Shown here piece by piece: positions 56,918 through 64,000 of a DNA stretch of 64,000 nucleotides. The stretch is from assembly GCA_022703585.1 (NCBI GenBank), contig JAKLDJ010000002.1:283413-347412 (forward strand), read 5' to 3'. Under the pieces are notes generated by a model that was given only the letters and a program-made list of their open reading frames with translations, was not told where the DNA came from and made no database searches. Both the position numbers and the translations under genes were made by a program. Each line of letters begins with the position of its first letter. Positions within the stretch are counted from its first letter, which is position 1. The DNA comes from Candidatus Omnitrophota bacterium. Lineage in GTDB: Bacteria > Omnitrophota > Gorgyraeia > Zapsychrales > JAKLDJ01.

Positions 56918-58408
56918 TTATCTACCATCCTTTTTCAGAATAATCTGCTGTATGCCCTCTCGAGACCGCACCCACCCTTCCAGAAAGTCAAGCCAGTATG
57001 CCGCATCTTGTGAATCGATCGTTCGCCGTGGGGTCCGGCTCACCTCGACATTGCCCCCCCGCGCCAGAATATCTCTATTCTTATCAATATAATAGCGAAA
57101 AACTTTTATAATATCCAGATCACGGGAGGTGTTGTAATAATCCATTAAACGAAGGATAAAATCAATGTCAATCATAGCAGACTCAGCTTCAAGCGTCGAA
57201 AGATATTTCTTTTCCAGGTTATGAAAATCAGGGATACGGTCAACGGCCGGCGAGCGCAGGATATCGGCTAAAATGACCTGCGCTAAGGCTCTAGCTAATA
57301 CTAATCCGCTGCGCGCCGTCCAGGCCCCCTCAAGGTTTGGAAGAGGAAGATACTTGGTGTTAAAAACATGCAGGTTCTCATAGAACGCCTGAGAGGCTCG
57401 GAAAACAAAAAGCCCCTGAGAAGGCAATCCGGGCAGCACGACAGCGTTAATATCGGGAATCGGTTCGAACTTCTCAAACATATCGCCTCCGAGAGGCACA
57501 TCCGGCGCGGTATGCCATGCCGGAAACATCGCGATTACCGGGATTTTATTGTCCCTCGTAACGGCAACCAGCTCCTGAACGTTGGATCGTATCTTCTCTA
57601 ACAGCTGGGCCTTGTCTGCCTGGGAACGCCGATAGCGCTCGAAAAATCCATAACAGACATGTCCCAAAATGGGCGTGCGTGCATGGAGCGTCAAGAGCCG
57701 CTCTAAAACCTCGTCGCTGTAGGCACCTTTGACCTGCCGTATCTCCTGCAAAAATGATTTCAGGGGAGCTTCCTCTTCTTGCCGCTTCGGTATCCGATCC
57801 GCAAGATAGATCCGTTGTAACTTTTTTACGATACAGACAACATAACTCCGCAAGACAATCCCGCGGGGAAACTGGTGTACATTTCTATATTCATCAAAAT
57901 ATTCCCTGTCACTATACGTGTGCTCCCAGGACACGGGAAATAATACCACGTCGGGTTTGTAGCCCAGGGATTTCTTCAGAGTCCGCAGATTCAACCCCAT
58001 ACCCCAACCGTTATGGGCAAGGTTAATGACTTTAAATTTCTTGTTGGCGCCAAGTGAATTGAGAATATCTTCCAGAAAAAATGCCGCGGAACCAAAATGC
58101 ATATTGCAATCGCCAAAAATAAAAATTCTAAATTCATCGCCGGGTTTTTTAACCGAGAAACTTTGCGGATTAACATCCCAGTACTGCGTCCTCCAGACAT
58201 AAAACCGGCCCGCCTTTTGATAGCACAAAGGAAGGTTGTCATACCCACGGCTATAGAACGGAGTCGTCTTGACATAGAGATCTTCACCGATATAACGGGG
58301 AGTATAAAAGAGCCTGGCGGCAATCTCCAGAGCGATAAAAAGAATGACAGCCCCCATGATAGAGGCCGGTATTTTCTTAAAACCTGGCATAAAAGAATTC
58401 TTTCCCAC
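56918..58408 (-). CDS. membrane-anchored SGNH/DltD- or AlgX/AlgJ-like partner protein of the MBOAT
   Basis: N-terminal TM. About 450-aa periplasmic domain containing FIFGDCNMHFGSA (an SGNH-like block-I position). Overlaps the MBOAT gene by 32 nt. The assignment rests largely on context. Confidence 0.45.
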   Translation of the reverse strand: MGKNSFMPGFKKIPASIMGAVILFIALEIAARLFYTPRYIGEDLYVKTTPFYSRGYDNLPLCYQKAGRFYVWRTQYWDVNPQSFSVKKPGDEFRIFIFGDCNMHFGSAAFFLEDILNSLGANKKFKVINLAHNGWGMGLNLRTLKKSLGYKPDVVLFPVSWEHTYSDREYFDEYRNVHQFPRGIVLRSYVVCIVKKLQRIYLADRIPKRQEEEAPLKSFLQEIRQVKGAYSDEVLERLLTLHARTPILGHVCYGFFERYRRSQADKAQLLEKIRSNVQELVAVTRDNKIPVIAMFPAWHTAPDVPLGGDMFEKFEPIPDINAVVLPGLPSQGLFVFRASQAFYENLHVFNTKYLPLPNLEGAWTARSGLVLARALAQVILADILRSPAVDRIPDFHNLEKKYLSTLEAESAMIDIDFILRLMDYYNTSRDLDIIKVFRYYIDKNRDILARGGNVEVSRTPRRTIDSQDAAYWLDFLEGWVRSREGIQQIILKKDGR

Positions 58409-59834
58409 CGCTTACTCCTGACGCTACAATTAAAATCGACAAAATACAATACACGAACATTTTAACCCAGGGGCTCCATTTGAGAATAAGAAACTGATCC
58501 CGGCGTATATACTGCATAACTTCCAGAGTGACGAGTATTCCGATATACCAGAACATCGCTTTGAGGGTTGCCAGGCCATAGGGAGTAATTTCAAATCGAA
58601 GAAAAATGTTCTTGATAAAATGGCCGGCTTGGCGCACCGATTGGGAACAAAATAATAATTCGCCAAGAACAAAAAGGTGAAAGGTGACAATAATTTTAAA
58701 TCCATCAAGCCACGGGCGCACCTTTGAGGAAAAAATGAAACTATCCTGCCGCGTAGAAAACAGCCCCCACTCTCGTATAGAATATTGAAGACACAGAAGC
58801 ATCCCGTGATATACCCCCCAGAGAACAAACACCCACCGGGCTCCGTGCCAAACCCCCATAATCGCCATGGTCGCAATAATGGCGATTCCCGTCCCAAATG
58901 CCTTTTGCCCGCCAAGCCGCAGCTGCGTCCGGTTAAGATAGTAGAAAATATAATCCCGGCACCATCCGGACAGACTGATGTGCCACCGTCGCCAGATATC
59001 AGAAGGGTTCTTGGCGAAGAATGGCAGGTTAAAGTTAGGCATTGTTTTAAATCCAAGGCAACCCGCCAGGCCTATGGCGATATCGCTATAGCCGGAAAAA
59101 TCCGCATAAATCCAAAAAGTCGCCGCATAGGCCCCGATAAGCGTCTCAAAGCCCGAATCGACGGCCCCTTGAGAAAATACACCATTGACGATCGGCAAGA
59201 GGTTATCGGCAATAAAACATTTTTTGAACAGGCCCCAAAAAATCAGGTAGCAGTTTTTATTAAACTCGTCGCGGGAAAATAACCTCGGCGCGGCAAGCTG
59301 GGGCAAGAAATGCACTGCCCGCTCAATAGGCCCGGCAAGAATCTGCGGGAAAAAAGACAGGTAGGTTGCGTAATGGCTAAAATCCCTTACCGGCTCTGTA
59401 ATGACTTTCCGGTAGACATCTATGGTGTAACTCATCGATTTGAACAAATAGTATGAGATGCCGATCGGAAGGATAATGCCCAGATGCCACGGCGAGACAA
59501 TAGGCATCCCCATCTTTCCCAGCAAAAGACAGAAGGTATCGATAAAGAAATTGCAGTATTTAAAAAGAAACAGGATGGCAAGGTCGCTCGAGAGGGCTAT
59601 CCAAAGAAGGATAGTCTTTGTCCGCTTAGTTTCCGCACGGGAGATTTTTATCGCACACGCATAATCGACGCAGGTAGGAACTAATATCAAAAACAAAAAC
59701 CGCCAATCCCACACGGCATAAAAAAGATAGCTGCCGAGAAGCAGCAACAGATTCTGTCCGCGGCACTTGAGGCGCCAATACACGGCCAGAAAGAGAACAA
59801 ATAATATCCAAAAGTAAAACGAAGTAAAGGACAT
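58377..59834 (-). CDS. MBOAT-family membrane O-acyltransferase (DltB/AlgI-like)
   Basis: Multi-TM. Conserved MBOAT His region WRRWHISLSGWCRDYIFY and downstream MGVWHGARW. Confidence 0.85.
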   Translation of the reverse strand: MSFTSFYFWILFVLFLAVYWRLKCRGQNLLLLLGSYLFYAVWDWRFLFLILVPTCVDYACAIKISRAETKRTKTILLWIALSSDLAILFLFKYCNFFIDTFCLLLGKMGMPIVSPWHLGIILPIGISYYLFKSMSYTIDVYRKVITEPVRDFSHYATYLSFFPQILAGPIERAVHFLPQLAAPRLFSRDEFNKNCYLIFWGLFKKCFIADNLLPIVNGVFSQGAVDSGFETLIGAYAATFWIYADFSGYSDIAIGLAGCLGFKTMPNFNLPFFAKNPSDIWRRWHISLSGWCRDYIFYYLNRTQLRLGGQKAFGTGIAIIATMAIMGVWHGARWVFVLWGVYHGMLLCLQYSIREWGLFSTRQDSFIFSSKVRPWLDGFKIIVTFHLFVLGELLFCSQSVRQAGHFIKNIFLRFEITPYGLATLKAMFWYIGILVTLEVMQYIRRDQFLILKWSPWVKMFVYCILSILIVASGVSGGKEFFYARF

Positions 59835-59838
59835 AATG

Positions 59839-61149
59839 TTAGTTGAGCAAATCCGGTGTAAAGGATTCTCGCGCTATGCTCACGGAAGCACCGTTAACAA
59901 GCAGTTCGCGCGGCGTCGGACGCGACAAGAAAAAGAGCGGGCTTGCGCTATACGCATACGCCCCTGAATTCAAAATGGCAATATAGTGGCCGATCTGGGG
60001 ATTGGCGATCGCGACCTTTTCACCGAGAATATCAAAAGCGGTACACAATGGGCCCGTCAGCGTCACGCGTTTTCTTGCCGCGGAGCCCGCATTCGAAAGG
60101 TTACACATTTTAAAATTCTGCCGCAGGAGCGGCCCGAACCTTCCCGCTGCCGCCAAATGATGATTGAGGCCTCCGTCGAGCGTACAGATCGTTCTTCCCC
60201 GCGACTGCTTGATGTCAACGACCTGTGCGATATAGATCCCTGCCTCAGCCACGAGATAGCGCCCCAATTCAAATATCGCTGTCATACGCGAAAGGCCATT
60301 CTCGCGCTTAAACACCTCTATCTGACGGCGCGCCCGGGAACAGACGCGCTCAATATTTAACGGCTTTTGACCGGAATGATAGGTAACGCCAAAACCGCCG
60401 CCGAAATTGATGCGCTCGGGCTTAAGCGATGTCACCTTCATCATCTGCGCGGATACCTGTAAGACATACCTCACATTCTCCAAAAGCGCCTCTTCATCAA
60501 GGCACTGTGTCCCCGAATAAACGTGAATGCCGGTATACCGGCAATGGGGCATCTTTTTCAAGCATCTGAAAACATCCGCGCATTGTTCCTCGTCGATACC
60601 AAATTGCGACGGCCCCCCTCCCATCTTGACCATAAATTTTCCCGGAACGCTGGCGGGATTAATGCGAACGGAAACATTCGCCCGCTTTCTTAAAGTCGCG
60701 GCGATCTTCTCTATCCGCTTAAGCTCAGCAAGAGATTCCGTGCTGATGGAACCGATTTGATGAGTAATCGCCAGTGATAGCTCCGCATCCGTTTTCCCGG
60801 GCGCGGCAAAGCTGATTTGCCCGGGGCGAAAACCAACGCTTAACGCCAGCGCAAGTTCTCCGCCCGAAGAGACATCAACTCCATCGATCAAGGGACGCAT
60901 GTGCGCAAGAATTGCCGCATTCGGATTTGCCTTAACTGAGTAGTAGAGCGCGGTACCGTCGGTAAAATACTGTTTAACCGTCTTAATCGTATGGCTGATG
61001 CACCCAAGATCATAGAGAAAAAGCGGCGTACCGTATTTCCTAGCGACGGCATGCAGGTCAACCGCGTTAAGGCAAACATGATTATTGTTAACCCGAAGAT
61101 TAAGTCCCATCGCTATGCCCTTGAGTTTTTTTCCGTGCATCGGCCTCAT
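59839..61149 (-). CDS. PLP-dependent decarboxylase of the diaminopimelate/ornithine decarboxylase (fold-type III) family
   Basis: PLP-Lys motif LYYSVKANPN. GGG motif INFGGGFGVTY. ELGRYLVAEAG. Substrate-specificity region TGPLCTAFDILGE. Confidence 0.8.
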   Translation of the reverse strand: MRPMHGKKLKGIAMGLNLRVNNNHVCLNAVDLHAVARKYGTPLFLYDLGCISHTIKTVKQYFTDGTALYYSVKANPNAAILAHMRPLIDGVDVSSGGELALALSVGFRPGQISFAAPGKTDAELSLAITHQIGSISTESLAELKRIEKIAATLRKRANVSVRINPASVPGKFMVKMGGGPSQFGIDEEQCADVFRCLKKMPHCRYTGIHVYSGTQCLDEEALLENVRYVLQVSAQMMKVTSLKPERINFGGGFGVTYHSGQKPLNIERVCSRARRQIEVFKRENGLSRMTAIFELGRYLVAEAGIYIAQVVDIKQSRGRTICTLDGGLNHHLAAAGRFGPLLRQNFKMCNLSNAGSAARKRVTLTGPLCTAFDILGEKVAIANPQIGHYIAILNSGAYAYSASPLFFLSRPTPRELLVNGASVSIARESFTPDLLN

Positions 61150-61417
61150 GCGTGCTTTCGGCTTTTTTGATTTCTGTAATTAACGATACCATGCCTTCGA
61201 TAGAGCGAAACTTTTTGTCAAAGAAATGTTCCTCTTGAAATTTGACTTTAAATGTCGCCTCAAGAAAAGCCGCCAGATCAAACGCCCCCAGCGAGTCGAT
61301 GACACCTTCCTCGAAGAGATTAGCCGTTTCGTCAACAGCATCCTCGCCATTCAGCTTATACTGTCCGATAATATACTGTCGTATCTTGTTCTTAATATCA
61401 GCGTACTGAGCGTCCAT
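61100..61417 (-). CDS. acyl/peptidyl carrier protein (DltC-like)
   Basis: About 100 aa with the phosphopantetheine-attachment motif GVIDSLGAFDL. The start is ambiguous: ATG at 61417 or 61435, both overlapping the ligase stop at 61398. Confidence 0.7.
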   Translation of the reverse strand: MDAQYADIKNKIRQYIIGQYKLNGEDAVDETANLFEEGVIDSLGAFDLAAFLEATFKVKFQEEHFFDKKFRSIEGMVSLITEIKKAESTHEADARKKTQGHSDGT

Positions 61418-62954
61418 TTTCTTCCCGCAGTCCATATTGTTTTTTTACGTATGCCCTGTCGATTTTTCCGGTGGGCGTTTTCGGCAACTCATCGACGATT
61501 TCTATCTCGCGGGGCACCATATGCCCGGGGAGCTCTTTCTTGCAAAAATCGGATATTGTTTTTTCATAAACCCCATGCGCCGGCGGCACGCCGTTGAGAG
61601 AAACAACCGCTTTAATCTTGTGCCCCAGCATCTCGTCATCAACCCCGAAAACAACGGCCTCGCGTACCGGTTCCAATCGATGCAGGACGTGTTCGATCTC
61701 ATGCGGGCTGATCCGATGGCCCAGGCACTTGATCATCTCATCATTCCTGCCGATAAAATACAAAAAACCTTGCGCGTCTTTTTTAACAATATCGCCGGAC
61801 CAGACCGCCGGCGTTTGCTGCCGGTCAAAGGGTAACGGTTTGAGCACCCGGGCAGTTGCCGAGGAATCGTTCCAGTACCCTTGGAATATGACGCCGCCGC
61901 GATGAACCAACTCGCCGGCCTCATCAACGCCACATTCCTTACCCTCCGGATTGATAATCGATAGCGTAACGCCGTCAATCGCCTTTCCTATCGAGGTTGG
62001 CCGGTGGTCAATCTCCTCAGGCGGCAGATACGTCGAGCGAAAAGCCTCGGTCAAACCGTACATCAGATATATTTGTGTGTTTTTTAGCTTTTGTCTTAAT
62101 TCACGGATATAAGCAACAGGAATAGAACCTCCTGAATTGGTAATATACCGTAAATCCGGAAACATGAGCTTTCGAAACATCGATAGCGGCTGCAGCAGCA
62201 TCACCCAGATGCTCGGCACCCCGGCAAAACCCGTAACCCGCTTATGGATCAGCGTATCGCAAATATCATTGGGAAACAACGACCGCTGCAAAACCAGTGT
62301 CGCGCCAACCCGCAATGCCGTCAGCAGTTGATTGAGGCCGTAATCAAAGTAAAACGGCAAAACGCTGATAATGACATCATCAGGCGTATTCTTTAAATAC
62401 CCCGTTACGATCTCTGCGCCAAGGGTTAAATTCCCATGATTCAGCATAACCCCTTTGGGAAACCCTGTCGAACCGGAGGTATAGATAATCGTCGCCAAAT
62501 CCGTTTTAGCGATCCCTTCACCGCTGGAAGGCGTCCGGAGATACGGAGCGAGAATAGAATCAAACGCACCCGCGTCGATCATCAACAAATCTTTAACACC
62601 CCCCAACCCCCCGTTTTTCCCGGGCGCCATGATCATACATTTTATACCGCAGTGCTCGATATGATAGAGGAGCTGCGCTGTGGTCAGGCGCGGGTTAAGG
62701 CTGACAAATACCCCGCCGGCAGCAGCAATACCAAAAATAGCAATGACGGCCTCAATGCTTTTTCCCAAAGAAATCCCAACCCTGTCTCCCGCGCGAACCC
62801 CCTGCTCGATTAAATACCGCGCCAGGGCATTAGCACGCGTTTGAAGCTGTCCATAGGTCAGGGAAACAGCGCCGTCCATAAGCGCTGCCTTCTCCGGAAA
62901 AAGTTCCGCGCTTTTCTGAAGCATGTCAACAATCGTCACAAAAGAATCTGTCAT
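61398..62954 (-). CDS. AMP-dependent synthetase/ligase (adenylation enzyme, DltA-like)
   Basis: AMP-binding core IIYTSGSTGFPKGV. YGLTE, GEL, DE and C-terminal PKTPTGKIDR motifs. Confidence 0.85.
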   Translation of the reverse strand: MTDSFVTIVDMLQKSAELFPEKAALMDGAVSLTYGQLQTRANALARYLIEQGVRAGDRVGISLGKSIEAVIAIFGIAAAGGVFVSLNPRLTTAQLLYHIEHCGIKCMIMAPGKNGGLGGVKDLLMIDAGAFDSILAPYLRTPSSGEGIAKTDLATIIYTSGSTGFPKGVMLNHGNLTLGAEIVTGYLKNTPDDVIISVLPFYFDYGLNQLLTALRVGATLVLQRSLFPNDICDTLIHKRVTGFAGVPSIWVMLLQPLSMFRKLMFPDLRYITNSGGSIPVAYIRELRQKLKNTQIYLMYGLTEAFRSTYLPPEEIDHRPTSIGKAIDGVTLSIINPEGKECGVDEAGELVHRGGVIFQGYWNDSSATARVLKPLPFDRQQTPAVWSGDIVKKDAQGFLYFIGRNDEMIKCLGHRISPHEIEHVLHRLEPVREAVVFGVDDEMLGHKIKAVVSLNGVPPAHGVYEKTISDFCKKELPGHMVPREIEIVDELPKTPTGKIDRAYVKKQYGLREENGRSVR

Positions 62955-62962
62955 AAATTATA

Positions 62963-64000
62963 TTACCCTCTAGTAACAGCCCTCAATGGCGGCACGCTAT
63001 TATTGTGTAATTTCTTCCATCGGTTATCCGCCATTATAATATCAGGCAGGGAATACGGGTTGGGTATCCCTTTTTGAAGACACCGCTCCTGGAACCGGCA
63101 CAAGCGGTTAAACATCTCTTCTCTCGTCGGATTATTGGACGTTGTCAGCGTATGCATCAAAAGCGCGTCGGCAACCTTTGGGGGATACACAAAGTCAACG
63201 TTACGTTCCTTCATCCATGATTCGGAATCCGACTGCCCCGCAGAAAAAAAATAAAAAGGATGCGGATTAGCCTCATAAATATCATCCGCGCACTCATCCA
63301 GGAGCGCAAGGCTTGCCTGAAAATCATCCTCGGTTTCTCCGGGATGCCCGATAACCCAGAAGGTCGTCACCTTGATGCCGGCCCCGGCAAGGCTGGTTAT
63401 TGTCCCTTTTATTTCTTCAACGCTCACGTCCTTATGCATCGTATCAAGAACACGCTGCGAAGCACTCTCAACGCCAATGCGGGCACGGTACAACCCCGCC
63501 TGACGGTAACGCGCACAGTTCTGCGCATCCGCTATGCGCGCATCTGCCCGCAGGTAAACATCCCAATAGACCGTCAGCTTTCTATGTATAATCTCTTCGG
63601 CTACCTCATCAATAATCGGATTCATCAGTGAATCTGTAAAGAAAAATGCCGATGTGCGGTGCGTATTACGAAGCGCATCCAGATCATCGACGATACGCCC
63701 CGTCTTTTTTCTGCGGTACGTGCCCCAGTACATTGATTCTGAACAAAAACTGCAGTGGAACGGACAGCCGCGCGATGCATATGTTGGAACGTACAGGTAA
63801 CGATGCATATCCATATCCGAATAATCGGCTAATGCAAGAGATGCCATGTCCGCAACACTATTACCAACATCTTTTAGGCAAAAAAATCGTTTCTCCTTCG
63901 GTAATTCACCGGTCAACAATTTAAGAAATGTTACTTCACCTTCTCCGGTAATAACCTTATCCACGTATGGGGCCTTGGCTAAAAATTTTTCAAAGTCCAG
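62963..64000 (-). CDS. radical SAM enzyme, probably cobalamin-binding class; 5' end runs off the window
   Basis: YASRGCPFHCSFCS gives the CxxxCxxC cluster motif. Upstream ...VITGEGEVTFLKLL resembles the end of a B12-binding domain. My translation shows the frame stays open to position 64000 (LDFEKFLAKAPYVDK...), so the ORF-track 'M' is an internal GTG. Confidence 0.75.
   Translation of the reverse strand: MDFEKFLAKAPYVDKVITGEGEVTFLKLLTGELPKEKRFFCLKDVGNSVADMASLALADYSDMDMHRYLYVPTYASRGCPFHCSFCSESMYWGTYRRKKTGRIVDDLDALRNTHRTSAFFFTDSLMNPIIDEVAEEIIHRKLTVYWDVYLRADARIADAQNCARYRQAGLYRARIGVESASQRVLDTMHKDVSVEEIKGTITSLAGAGIKVTTFWVIGHPGETEDDFQASLALLDECADDIYEANPHPFYFFSAGQSDSESWMKERNVDFVYPPKVADALLMHTLTTSNNPTREEMFNRLCRFQERCLQKGIPNPYSLPDIIMADNRWKKLHNNSVPPLRAVTRG

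Noticed and set aside
1-64000. CRISPR arrays, IS elements, integrases, toxin-antitoxin or restriction-modification genes
   Set aside because: No regularly spaced direct repeats were seen. I did not confidently identify any transposase, recombinase, nuclease or helicase signature (DDE, Tyr-recombinase R..HxxR..Y, PD-(D/E)xK and so on) in any ORF. I cannot support a mobile or defence-island call.

Overview
This 64 kb window looks like chromosomal DNA from a diderm (Gram-negative-type) bacterium. Evidence for that: LptF/LptG, a TpsB/ShlB-type outer-membrane transporter, beta-barrel OMPs, and many signal-peptide or lipobox proteins. I could not recognise the exact lineage. Coding density is very high, with many 1-4 nt start/stop overlaps. 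I could not confidently identify any transposase, integrase, CRISPR array or rRNA. One tRNA-Leu(CAG) is present at 41144-41228. There are three main blocks. Block 1 (about 2.2-28.6 kb) is an uninterrupted run of about 26 minus-strand genes. It starts with a CHASE2 adenylate cyclase, OMP, FecR-domain protein and TpsB-like gene group. It continues with a K+ channel-like gene, two tandem paralogous secreted 'WFTxDD'-repeat proteins, two FGE-sulfatase-domain proteins, an MFS transporter and a DUF1566 (Lcl-like) protein. Next comes a cluster of three DJ-1/PfpI paralogs with glyoxalase, 4-OT tautomerase, cupin, DUF1330 and a ThDP enzyme. It ends with a cyclic-nucleotide-gated partner-switching module (an RsbW-like kinase, cNMP-binding and PP2C phosphatase fusion plus two STAS proteins) interleaved with glgX and an AGE-family (N-acylglucosamine 2-epimerase-like) enzyme. 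Block 2 (about 28.9-52.6 kb) is mixed housekeeping and envelope genes. These are an Rrf2 regulator, an ankyrin protein, a YdbH/YnbE/YdbL-like module, a TMEM175-like channel, msrBA, mscL, smpB, tRNA-Leu, lpdA, a two-component pair, a Maf-M48 in-frame fusion, pyrE, comF and lptFG. Block 3 (about 52.6-64 kb) is an 11-gene translationally coupled minus-strand operon. It carries a Dlt-like acylation system: a B12/radical-SAM enzyme, an AMP-ligase, a carrier protein, a DapDC-type PLP decarboxylase, an MBOAT and an SGNH partner. These are fused in one operon with mtnA, thiL, tsaE, tsaB and alr. The Dlt-like system and the self-contained partner switch are the most novel-looking features.
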